A stretch of 16,694 nt of DNA from Anaerolineales bacterium (GTDB lineage: Bacteria; Chloroflexota; Anaerolineae; Anaerolineales; Villigracilaceae). Below the pieces are notes generated by a model. The model was not told where the DNA came from. It saw only the letters and a list, made by a program, of their open reading frames with translations, and made no database searches. Positions 7,028 through 14,794 of the stretch are shown here, one piece after another. The stretch spans positions 15,307 through 32,000 of the forward strand of contig JBGANO010000015.1 of assembly GCA_044222305.1 (NCBI GenBank), given 5' to 3'. The number at the start of each line of letters is the position of its first letter. Within the stretch, counting starts at the first letter, position 1. Both the position numbers and the translations under genes were made by a program.

Positions 7028-8530
7028 TCACAGACCTCTCTGCGGAGCCTGCCGCCTGCCGAAGCCTGTCTCTGCTTTGCGTTGTTGCGGATCGTACACT
7101 TCTTCGATGTCGCCTTCACGGCTGTAAGGCGGAATGACAAACCGATCTTGATACGTGGGGATGGACGTCAGGCGATAGATCGCCTCCGCTTCTTCCGCAC
7201 CCATGCCTGCTTTTTCCAGCGCGGCATTTGCTTCCTCTTCGGTCACATCGCCGACGGTCTCATGTCGTTTGTAAATGCGGACGGCGATCATCTTGCGATA
7301 GGCTTTGATGACGAGTTCATCGTTGCCAGCCGAAAGCGTGCGCGACATGTAACGGACTGGCACGCGCGCTTTTTCCAGCGAAGAGAACAAGTCCGTTTCG
7401 ACGCGTTGCGTGCCGTTTTCCTGAGTCGCATTGAGGACGGGCAGAAGCGGCGGGACGTAGAATAACATCGGCAGTGTGCGATATTCGGGATGCAGGGGCA
7501 GAGCCAACTCCCATTCTTTGACGTAGCGATAGACAGGAGAATTTTGCGCCGCCGCAATCACGCCGTCGGGGACGCCGCTTTCTTTCGCGGCCGCGACAAC
7601 TTTCGGGTCGAACGGATCGAGGATCATCTCCCGCTGACGCTGGACGAGTTGCTCATCTGGCACTTTGAGCGCGTCGGGAATCTGATCGGCATCGTACAGC
7701 AAAACTCCCAAATAGCGGATGCGTCCCACGCACGAATGAAAACATGCAGGGGCTTGTCCCGTTTCGAGGCGCGGGTAGCAGAGGATGCATTTTTCCGATT
7801 TGCCAGTTGACCAGTTGTAGTAGGTCTTTTTGTACGGGCAGGCAGAGACGCACATGCGCCAGCCGCGACATTTATCTTGATTGATCAGCACCACGCCGTC
7901 TTCGGCGCGTTTATAAATTGCGCCCGATGGACACGCGCCCACGCACGCCGCGTTCAAACAATGGTTGCAGATGCGCGGCATGTAAAAGTAAAAAAGTTGC
8001 TCGATGGAAAAGAGACGCTGACGATCCTCGGGGTTCATGTCTGCCAACAGCGGATCTTTCACCGCATAAATGTTGGAACCGCCGAGGTCATCGTCCCAGT
8101 TGGGACCCGCTTTGATGTCAATCGGATTGCCGTCAATGCGCGAGATGGGACGCGCGGTTGGCTGGTCGGGACCAAGCGGAGAATTGAACAAATCGCTGTA
8201 GTTGTAGGTCCACGGCTCGTAGTAATCGTCCATGGTGGGCATGGCGGGGTTGGAAAATAAATTACCGAATGTTTGTAATCGGTTCTGGAGTTTTAATTTC
8301 AACTCAGGATTCTTCGGCTTGTCTTCCAGTTCCCATCCGCCGTGATATTTCTCCTGATCTTCCCATTGCGTCGGGAAGCCGACGCCAGGTTTTGTCTCGA
8401 CGTTGTTCCACCACATGTACTCCGCGCCTGGGCGGTCGGTCCAAATATTTTTGCAGGCGATACTGCATGTGTGACAGCCGATACATTTATCGAGATGGAA
8501 TACCATTGAAACTTGCGATCTGATTTTCAT
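7028..8530 (-). CDS. narH: Respiratory nitrate reductase beta (Fe-S) subunit, 500 aa
   Basis: From ATG 8528-8530 the protein begins MKIRSQVSMVFHLDKCIGCHTCSIACKNIWT, nearly identical in pattern to the E. coli NarH N-terminus. All four Cys groups are present: CIGCHTCSIAC, CNHCLNAACVGACP, CRGWRMCVSACP (the W-containing 3Fe-4S group), CILCYP...CFHSCVGRIRYLG. An AAGGA ribosome-binding site lies upstream. The 35-aa N-terminal extension in the ORF track (GTG at 8635) reads through the repeat element and is rejected. Confidence 0.97.
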   Translation of the reverse strand: MKIRSQVSMVFHLDKCIGCHTCSIACKNIWTDRPGAEYMWWNNVETKPGVGFPTQWEDQEKYHGGWELEDKPKNPELKLKLQNRLQTFGNLFSNPAMPTMDDYYEPWTYNYSDLFNSPLGPDQPTARPISRIDGNPIDIKAGPNWDDDLGGSNIYAVKDPLLADMNPEDRQRLFSIEQLFYFYMPRICNHCLNAACVGACPSGAIYKRAEDGVVLINQDKCRGWRMCVSACPYKKTYYNWSTGKSEKCILCYPRLETGQAPACFHSCVGRIRYLGVLLYDADQIPDALKVPDEQLVQRQREMILDPFDPKVVAAAKESGVPDGVIAAAQNSPVYRYVKEWELALPLHPEYRTLPMLFYVPPLLPVLNATQENGTQRVETDLFSSLEKARVPVRYMSRTLSAGNDELVIKAYRKMIAVRIYKRHETVGDVTEEEANAALEKAGMGAEEAEAIYRLTSIPTYQDRFVIPPYSREGDIEEVYDPQQRKAETGFGRRQAPQRGL

Positions 8531-8570
8531 AATGTTATGTCCTTTTTCGCTACGAAGAAAAAAAACTTTT

Positions 8571-8696
8571 TTACCACAAAGGTCACTAAGGAGCACGAAG
8601 GAAGAGCTTTTCTTTTTTTCTCCACAGAAGGTCACGAAGATTCACAGAGTAAAAGTTTTAGGTTTCCTTTGTGACACTTCGTGCCCTTCGTGGTAA
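8571..8696. repeat. Inverted-repeat element, copy B (CACRAAGG x3 ... CCTTYGTG x3), filling the narG-narH gap
   Basis: The left arm is ttaccacaaagg-tcactaagg-agcacgaagg (8571-8601). An internal second triplet, ccacagaagg-tcacgaaga-ttcacagag, lies at 8622-8649. The right arm is cctttgtg-acacttcgtg-cccttcgtg-gtaa (8666-8696). The 31-nt arms are complementary at 24 of 31 positions by my hand alignment, with A/T runs on both flanks. The element ends 6 nt from the narG stop codon. Confidence 0.65.
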
Positions 8697-8702
8697 AAGG
8701 TT

Positions 8703-11700
8703 TTAGAACTCAGGCTCGCCAGGCAACTTGCGCACCAAAATAAATGTGTCGCGGTTCACACCCGTCGGACCCCAGTAATTGAAGCCATAGGTGAATTGAC
8801 CATAGCCGCCGACCATCAACATGGATTTGAGGCGGATGCGCGTGGGGCTGTTGTGTCCGCCCGCGCGTTTGTTGCCGCGCATCGGAGACTTGGGCACGCT
8901 CACGGTTCGTTCGGGCGCGTGATAGATGATGCAGATTCCAGGCGGGATGCGCGCGCTGACGATGGCGCGTGTGACGGTCGTGCCGTGATCGTTGTATGCC
9001 TCCACCCAGTCGTTATCCACGATGCCGATCTCTTTCGCATCCTTTTCGCTAATCCAGAGCGGTTCGAGTCCGCGCGAGAGAGTCAACATGCGGTCGTTAT
9101 CGAAATAGTTTGAGTGGATGTGCCACTTGGCATGAGGCGTGAGGTAATTCAACTGCACGGTCTTGCCTTCTTTATGACTCTTATCCAAATCGCCGAAAGC
9201 GATGTGGTCGGGTCGCGGCTTATACGTTGGCAAGTGTTCGCCATGCGCCAGATACCCTTCGTGGTCGAGATAAAAATGCTGGCGACCAGTGAGCGTGCGC
9301 CACGGGACGAGTCTGTCCACGTTGAGGGTGTAAGCGGAGTACGGTCGTCCATCGGTCATAATGCCTGACCAGATCGGACTGTTGAGCAAGCGGCGCGGTT
9401 GTTGAGTCAAGTCGTTGAAAGACACACGAGATGCTCGAGTCGGTTCGGCGAGGTCGGTGAGTTTGAGTCCCATGCGTTCTTCTTCGGCTTGGAAGGCGCG
9501 ATACGCCACCTCACCGTTGGTTTCAGGAGCGAGATGCAAAATGACGTTTGCCGCATCGCGCGCAACTGCAAGCGAAGGATAGGTCTGTCCGTTCCATGAA
9601 GTCGTCGGCTTGCTGTCCAGCAATTCTTGATACAAATCATCCGCCGCCCAATGAATGCCGTGAATGGCGAGTCCTTCTTTTTGCAGTTTGGGTCCGAGTG
9701 AAATAAATCGCTTGCCTAAGTTGACGTAATCGCGTTCGGTCAATACGAAGTTCGGCATCGTCACGCCAGGGATGGGTTCACATTCGCCCTTGCCCCAATC
9801 GCGGATGTGCGGTTGCGCCATCTCGGCGGGCGTGTCGTGTTGAAGCGGCATGGCAACCAAGTCGCGCACGGGTTCGGGCAAATGAGTCTCTGCCAGTTCG
9901 CTGACCTTGCCCGCCAGAATTTTGAAAATATCCCAATCCGTTTTCGATTCCCAAGAGGGCGGCACCGCGGCAGACAGCGGATGAATGAACGAGTGCATGT
10001 CGGTTGTGTTCAAGTCATCTTTTTCATACCAACTCGCCGTCGGCAGAACGATATCAGAATACAACGCCGAGGTGTCCATGCGGAAGTTGATGTCCACCAC
10101 CAAGTCAAATTTTCCTTCGGGCGCATCCTCACGATACGTCACTTCTTTGAAAGTGTTCTTATCCACTTCCTCCGAGATGAGTTGATTGTGCGTGCCGAGA
10201 TAATGCTTGAAGAAATATTCCTGTCCCTTCGCGCTGGCATTCAGCGCATTGCCGCGCCAGATGAACCACAAGCGGGGCCAGTTTTCTGGAGCATCAGGAT
10301 CTTGTACCGCAAACTTAAGTTTGCCGTACTTAAGCTGTTCAACCACCCACTGACGAATCTCCGCATCCGTCTTCGCCCCAGCCTGCTCTGCCATCTTGAC
10401 GATTTCCAGCGAGCTGACGTTGAACTGCGGATACGACGGGAGCCATCCCATCCGCACTGCGCGGACTTGCGCGTCGAGCGTGTGCTCTTGAGTCATGTCG
10501 CGGTGGCGCTCGCCCTCAGGTCGAGAAACAGGTTGAGGGTCCGTAAAGATGCGTTCGTATCTCCATTGATCGCTGTTCACATAATGGAACGAAGGCGAGT
10601 TCATTTGGCGCGGCGGCTTCTGCCAATCCAAAGCAAAAGCGATCGAAGCCCACGGTGCCATCGGAGCGAGTTTTTCCTGACCGACATAATGATTCAATCC
10701 GCCGCCGTTGCGACCAACGCAACCCGTGAGCATCAACGCGCCGATGCAGGCGCGATAAATTAAATTGTTGTGATACCAATGGTTGACGCCCGCGCCGATG
10801 ATGACCGTGCATTTGCCTTCGGTTTTTTCGGCGGTGGTCGCCCACTCGCGCGCAAATTGGATCACGGTCTGGCGGTCAATGCCTGTGTAGCGTTCCTGCC
10901 ATGCGGGCGTGTACGATAAATTTTCATCGTCGTAGTCGGCGGGATAATCGCCTTCGAGTCCGCGACCCACGCCGTATTGCGCCATCAACAGATCGTAGAT
11001 GGTTACGACAGCCTTTTTGCCGCTTGCAGTTTCGATATAACGCACAGGCATATTGCGCTGAAAAGTTTTACCCTCGCCAAACTCAGCAAACGAAACAGAT
11101 AACTGCTCGCTCGATTCGCTGAAGAACGTCAACTGCGGACGAATCTCGCTTCCATCCAAACCGTCTTTCGGTTCCAGATTCCATTGACCCTTCTGTTGTT
11201 GCCAGCGGAATCCGAGAGTGCCTTGCGGCATTCGCGGCGCGTTGCTGATCTCATCCCACACTAAAAATTTCCATTCGCCGTTTTCCACGTTACGCGTGCG
11301 TTCCACATGCGCGGCGCGGATCATTTGCCCAGGCACAAACTTCCCATCCACTTCATTGAGTTCAACAAGGAACGGCGCGTCGGAATATTGACGCAGGTAA
11401 TTTAAAAAGTAGGGAGTCGGATTTTTATAGTGGAACTCGTTCATGATGACGTGATTGACCGCCATCCAAAACGCGCCATCCTGCCCCGCATGGATCGGCA
11501 CCCACCAATCGGCATATTTAGCAACCTGACTGAAGTCGGGCGCAAACACAACCAACTTGGTCCCGTTGTGACGCGCCTCCGCGGCGAAATGCACATCGGG
11601 CGTGCGCGTCATGCTCATGTTCGATCCCACCGACGCGATGAACTTCGAGTTGTACCAATCCGCGCTTTCCGCCACATCCGTTTGTTCGCCCCACACTTCG

Positions 11701-12335
11701 GGACTGGCTGGCGGCAGGTCGGAGTACCAATCGTAAAAACTCATGCTCACCGCGCCTAGCATTTGCATGAAGCGGCTCCCGCCCGCATAACTCAACATGG
11801 ACATGGCGGGAATCGGCGAGAAACCGATGATGCGGTCGGGTCCATATTTTTTGATGGTGTAAATAGTTGAAGCGGCGATGACTTCCAACGCTTCTTCCCA
11901 CTTGACGCGGCGGAATCCGCCTTTGCCGCGCGCCTGATGGAAGGACTTACGCCCCGCTTCATTCTCCACGACGGCTGTCCACGCCTCGACGGGATCTTTG
12001 TGCTCCTCTTTGGCTTTTTGATACAAGTCCATCAGCACGCCGCGCATGTAGGGATACTTCACGCGGATCGGGCTGTACTGATACCACGAGAACGAAATCC
12101 CACGCTGACAACCGCGCGGCTCATACGGCGGGATGCCAGGTTGCAAGATGGGATAATCCAACGCTTGCATCTCCCAGGTGACGATACCGTCTTTCACATA
12201 GATCATCCACGAACAACTGCCTGTGCAGTTCACGCCGTGCGTGCTTCTCACCACGCGGTCATGTTGCCAGCGATTGCGATAAAACTCCTCCCACTGCCGC
12301 GCCTGCGGGTTTGAAATTTCCTTGATCCAGTTCAT
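8703..12335 (-). CDS. narG: Respiratory nitrate reductase alpha (Mo-bisMGD catalytic) subunit, 1210 aa, no Tat signal
   Basis: The N-terminus [38 protein letters not shown] carries the NarG-specific FS0 HxxxCxxxC motif and closely parallels E. coli NarG. Length is typical for NarG. An AAGGAG ribosome-binding site is upstream. No twin-arginine motif is present, so a cytoplasmic active site is expected. Confidence 0.97.
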   Translation of the reverse strand: MNWIKEISNPQARQWEEFYRNRWQHDRVVRSTHGVNCTGSCSWMIYVKDGIVTWEMQALDYPILQPGIPPYEPRGCQRGISFSWYQYSPIRVKYPYMRGVLMDLYQKAKEEHKDPVEAWTAVVENEAGRKSFHQARGKGGFRRVKWEEALEVIAASTIYTIKKYGPDRIIGFSPIPAMSMLSYAGGSRFMQMLGAVSMSFYDWYSDLPPASPEVWGEQTDVAESADWYNSKFIASVGSNMSMTRTPDVHFAAEARHNGTKLVVFAPDFSQVAKYADWWVPIHAGQDGAFWMAVNHVIMNEFHYKNPTPYFLNYLRQYSDAPFLVELNEVDGKFVPGQMIRAAHVERTRNVENGEWKFLVWDEISNAPRMPQGTLGFRWQQQKGQWNLEPKDGLDGSEIRPQLTFFSESSEQLSVSFAEFGEGKTFQRNMPVRYIETASGKKAVVTIYDLLMAQYGVGRGLEGDYPADYDDENLSYTPAWQERYTGIDRQTVIQFAREWATTAEKTEGKCTVIIGAGVNHWYHNNLIYRACIGALMLTGCVGRNGGGLNHYVGQEKLAPMAPWASIAFALDWQKPPRQMNSPSFHYVNSDQWRYERIFTDPQPVSRPEGERHRDMTQEHTLDAQVRAVRMGWLPSYPQFNVSSLEIVKMAEQAGAKTDAEIRQWVVEQLKYGKLKFAVQDPDAPENWPRLWFIWRGNALNASAKGQEYFFKHYLGTHNQLISEEVDKNTFKEVTYREDAPEGKFDLVVDINFRMDTSALYSDIVLPTASWYEKDDLNTTDMHSFIHPLSAAVPPSWESKTDWDIFKILAGKVSELAETHLPEPVRDLVAMPLQHDTPAEMAQPHIRDWGKGECEPIPGVTMPNFVLTERDYVNLGKRFISLGPKLQKEGLAIHGIHWAADDLYQELLDSKPTTSWNGQTYPSLAVARDAANVILHLAPETNGEVAYRAFQAEEERMGLKLTDLAEPTRASRVSFNDLTQQPRRLLNSPIWSGIMTDGRPYSAYTLNVDRLVPWRTLTGRQHFYLDHEGYLAHGEHLPTYKPRPDHIAFGDLDKSHKEGKTVQLNYLTPHAKWHIHSNYFDNDRMLTLSRGLEPLWISEKDAKEIGIVDNDWVEAYNDHGTTVTRAIVSARIPPGICIIYHAPERTVSVPKSPMRGNKRAGGHNSPTRIRLKSMLMVGGYGQFTYGFNYWGPTGVNRDTFILVRKLPGEPEF

Positions 12336-12910
12336 AACAACTCCTTTTCCGCTTCCTCAACCATCGTCGCGCGAATTCTTCGCAGACGATTCCGATACAC
12401 AAACCCAATTACTATTGCCGCGCCAATTGTCGCAAGGATGCTGATGCCCAACACCAACCATTCCTTGTCTGCCTGTGGTTCCCCGGCAGATGATTTCATG
12501 AAAGCGATCAGATCCGCTTGTTCGCTTTCCGTCAGCGGATGTTGGTTGTAGATCGGCTCCATCACGGGTGATTTGGTCCATCGGTTATTGGAGAGTACCG
12601 AGGCAAGTTCAATATCGCTCCGTTCGCTCGATACGTTTGTCAGGTCGGGTCCCAATGCCCCGCCGCCGAGAATCCCATATTCGCCCAAGTTATGACATCC
12701 CATGCAGGGCGGTCCCTCGTTTTCGAAATGCTTATAACCCATGAACAACTTCCGCCCGTTTTCGACATTCCCTTCCGCAATTGCCTGAACGGAAGCGGGT
12801 TGGGGAGGTTCGTGTTGAGAGTTTTGGCCGCATCCGAAAAGTAAAAACATAAGGAACGAAATAAGCAAGGGCGCTATTCGCTTCTGAAACGTGCCGCTTC
12901 TAGTATTCAT
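12332..12910 (-). CDS. Exported, membrane-anchored monohaem c-type cytochrome (192 aa), translationally coupled to narG
   Basis: There is an N-terminal signal with lipobox ([13 protein letters not shown]), a single CMGCH haem-c motif, and a candidate distal Met in [10 protein letters not shown]-terminal TM helix ([22 protein letters not shown]) is followed by a basic tail. ATGA overlaps occur at both ends: 12907-12910 with the upstream gene and 12332-12335 with narG. Confidence 0.8.
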   Translation of the reverse strand: MNTRSGTFQKRIAPLLISFLMFLLFGCGQNSQHEPPQPASVQAIAEGNVENGRKLFMGYKHFENEGPPCMGCHNLGEYGILGGGALGPDLTNVSSERSDIELASVLSNNRWTKSPVMEPIYNQHPLTESEQADLIAFMKSSAGEPQADKEWLVLGISILATIGAAIVIGFVYRNRLRRIRATMVEEAEKELL

Positions 12911-13317
12911 TGGTTCGCTAACTCCTGGCTGTTTTCTGAATCATCGGGCTCGCTTGATGTTTGTGTTCGGGCGATACAACTATGGATCGTTTCAAGCAGA
13001 CGATCGCCCCGGGCAGGCAAGGTGTGCGTGGAAACGATTCGAAAGACGTTCTCGTCCAACGAGGCGCGGATCATGGATATTTCCGGGTGTTTTTCGATGA
13101 TGGTCGTTATCAACTCAGCCGTGTACTTGCTCTGCAGGCGTTCATCGGCAATGACGACTACAGATGGGCGCGCTTCCACCAGCCGCTCGAAAATATCCTG
13201 GTCGCCCAGATTCCACGGACCAATCAACTCCACGTCTTCCTCCGCGCGCAGGATCGCCTCCATGCTTTCACCGAAGAGATATTGGGAACAGAGCAACAGA
13301 ACGCGCGGTTTTGACAT
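12907..13317 (-). CDS. Receiver-like (CheY-fold) protein with a degenerate acidic pocket and no output domain; first gene of the nar operon; start uncertain
   Basis: The alternating beta/alpha pattern is typical of REC domains: KPRVLLLCS / GESMEAILRAEE / VELIG / IFERLVEARP / SVVVIADE / AELITTIIEKHP / ISMIRAS. The usual DD after beta1 is replaced by CS. An Asp is retained at the beta3 end (VVIAD). I see no conserved Lys. Candidate starts are ATG 13317 (MSKPRV...), ATG 13332 and TTG 13353. Confidence 0.45.
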   Translation of the reverse strand: MSKPRVLLLCSQYLFGESMEAILRAEEDVELIGPWNLGDQDIFERLVEARPSVVVIADERLQSKYTAELITTIIEKHPEISMIRASLDENVFRIVSTHTLPARGDRLLETIHSCIARTQTSSEPDDSENSQELANQ

Positions 13318-13407
13318 AATCGTATATGGCATATAGCACAAAGCCTGCCTCAAGGTTACTTGAATTCACGAAGTAATCCTATCCTCCCCCACCCCACCTT
13401 TGGAATG

Positions 13408-13438
13408 AAAAAAGAGTGATTTGGAATCACTCTTTTTT
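13408..13438. promoter_or_regulatory. Perfect 31-nt palindrome (A6 + 8-bp stem + 3-nt loop + T6) in the nar leader/divergent intergenic region: attenuator or bidirectional-terminator-like hairpin, or an operator
   Basis: aaaaaagagtgatt (13408-13421), tgg, aatcactctttttt (13425-13438). The arms are exact reverse complements. On either strand it reads as a hairpin followed by a U6 run. It lies about 55-90 nt upstream of the candidate starts of the first nar-operon gene. Confidence 0.4.
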
Positions 13439-13664
13439 GAAAAAGAATTAGTTCCTTCCTCCCGGCCTGCATAATCCTGCTTGCTTTCTGTGAAAAAGGA
13501 ACAGCAATGCGCCTTCACCGTCGCTAGAGTTTTTCGAACTCGCTAATTCTTGGTCCATCTATGAGGTTTCCTCTGCGGCAGGCTCAGCAACGATGCCATT
13601 GTTTATGTGTTGTGCAAACAAAGGATAGACCTCCGCATGGTTTGCGGTTTTGGAGAGTTTATTT

Positions 13665-14750
13665 ATGCGCGAACATAAATCTCGCAAAACGTTGGCTTTG
13701 ATATTGCTCGTTGCGACAATTCTTGCGTGCAACGTGCCGGGCTCGCAAGCGACTCCGCTTCCCCCAACCCAATCGCTCGCAACCGCCTTGACGGTTCCTA
13801 CCGCGACGGTCCCGGTTGCCCCGCCGACTGAAACCCCGATCCAGCATCAGGTCATTCCCGTATCCCTGCCTCCAGACCGGAGTAGTCACGCGGGAGACCA
13901 GGATTCATCCAACACTGCGAGCCAGAAAATGTCTAACGGGGGAGACCGATTCACGTTCGAACGCTTTGAACGCCCGTTCAGCGCCATGACGATGGATACC
14001 TACTTCCCCGAGTTGGACATCATCGACACATTTGTCTATCAAGACGATACATGGGCGTATGGCACCATCCAGGTGGTGAATCGCGCCGCGGCAAACGGGT
14101 CGCCGTTCCGCTTCGCCATGCAGTTGGATATCACATTGGACGGCAAAGGCGATTGGCTGGTGATCGCCGATAATCCCGCCTCCACAGAATGGACTACGGA
14201 TGGCGTTCAGGTGTATTTCGATACCAACGGCGATGTGGGCGATGCCGCCCCGGTGATGTCAGACGAAAATGCGGCAAACGGAAACGGGTTTGAGGCATTG
14301 GTTTTTGATCAGGGAATTGGCAACGACCCGGATTCCGCCTGGGTGCGCGTATCGCCATTGGATGCGAATATCGTCGAATTAGCCATGAAGCGATCTCTGA
14401 TGGAAAATACGCCGGAGTATTTGGTCAACATGTGGACGGGGCGCAGTTGCCTGGATCCGGCCCTATTCGATTTCAGCGACCATTACACCCACGAACAGGC
14501 TGGCGCGGCTGACCCGGAATTCCCAAACTTCTATCCGATCCAGTCTGTTTTTGAATTGGATAACACCTGCCGCATGGCGGTGGGTTTCAAACCAACCGGC
14601 AGTGAGCCGGGGTTATGTCAGGTACGCGTGCCTGCGGGTCCCTCTGACCCTGCTGAACCGGGTTGTCAACTGAACGACGCGATTTGCGCCCGGCAGGGAC
14701 CCGGTTATTATTTCGATCCTGCCGCATGTTCGTGTTACTACTTTGGTTGA
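13665..14750 (+). CDS. Secreted/lipoprotein hypothetical protein with a Cys-rich C-terminus (361 aa from ATG 13665)
   Basis: A GGAGAG ribosome-binding site lies at 13652-13657, 7 nt before ATG 13665. The ORF track's start at 13650 is a TTG. The signal/lipobox is MREHKSRKTLALILLVATILAC, followed by a Pro/Thr-rich linker. An acidic central region follows (DITLDGKGDWLV, YFDTNGDVGD). The last ~60 aa contain 7 Cys. I recognise no family. Confidence 0.7.
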   Translation: MREHKSRKTLALILLVATILACNVPGSQATPLPPTQSLATALTVPTATVPVAPPTETPIQHQVIPVSLPPDRSSHAGDQDSSNTASQKMSNGGDRFTFERFERPFSAMTMDTYFPELDIIDTFVYQDDTWAYGTIQVVNRAAANGSPFRFAMQLDITLDGKGDWLVIADNPASTEWTTDGVQVYFDTNGDVGDAAPVMSDENAANGNGFEALVFDQGIGNDPDSAWVRVSPLDANIVELAMKRSLMENTPEYLVNMWTGRSCLDPALFDFSDHYTHEQAGAADPEFPNFYPIQSVFELDNTCRMAVGFKPTGSEPGLCQVRVPAGPSDPAEPGCQLNDAICARQGPGYYFDPAACSCYYFG

Positions 14751-14794
14751 TCGACGCGATAGAGCTGAGCCAGCCCCTCTTGTATCGTCCTACA

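Noticed and set aside
8531-8635. A 35-aa N-terminal extension of NarH from GTG 8635. Similar extensions exist for RecA from 3513 and the response regulator from GTG 15472.
   Set aside because: The canonical family N-termini begin at internal ATGs that have Shine-Dalgarno sequences (8530, 3636, 15442). The extensions read through a repeat element, a promoter, or the end of the upstream gene.
9255-9266. A cccttcgtggtc string inside narG resembling one unit of the CCTTYGTG repeat.
   Set aside because: It is a single unit in-frame within conserved NarG sequence (…LDHEGYL…). This is a chance match, not an element copy.
9807-10763. A 318-aa + strand ORF, together with many other 60-250 aa ORFs antisense to or out of frame with narG, narH, recA, the M23 peptidase, the TolB-like gene and the kinase. 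Examples are 399..1046, 2696..3460, 3651..3983, 4497..5033, 7082..7465, 7877..8260, 11430..11759, 11937..12314, 15012..15410 and 15955..16443.
   Set aside because: All lie inside genes with unmistakable family signatures on the other strand or in another frame. Their translations are Arg/His/Gly-rich low-information sequence typical of shadow ORFs in GC-rich DNA. None has a recognisable motif or ribosome-binding site.
8703-12335. The possibility that this is a periplasmic (Tat-exported) Nar/Nxr-type or other DMSO-reductase-family enzyme rather than classical NarG.
   Set aside because: The N-terminus has no RRxF[LI]K twin-arginine motif. The [13 protein letters not shown]0 motif, the ~1210-aa length and the narHJI partners are those of the cytoplasm-facing NarG type. 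Whether it is functionally Nar or Nitrobacter-type Nxr cannot be settled without phylogeny, and that question is kept as a finding.
13383-13398. A G-quadruplex candidate, ggtggggtgggggagg, on the minus strand upstream of the nar operon.
   Set aside because: There are only four short, unequal G-runs (two of them GG) with 1-nt loops. It is more simply explained as an SD-like purine tract in the leader. Nothing in the sequence supports a specific role.
13416-13430. A CRP/FNR-type binding site in the nar upstream palindrome (GTGAtttggaaTCAC).
   Set aside because: The half-sites are spaced GTGA-N7-TCAC around a single central base. CRP (TGTGA-N6-TCACA) and FNR (TTGAT-N4-ATCAA) sites are even-spaced, and the half-site sequence does not match TTGAT. 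I kept it only as a generic operator or hairpin candidate.
13448-13558. A 36-aa minus-strand ORF in the nar leader, considered as a stand-alone gene feature.
   Set aside because: It is too short and compositionally unremarkable to call as a CDS from sequence alone. It is mentioned only as one possible explanation for the downstream hairpin.
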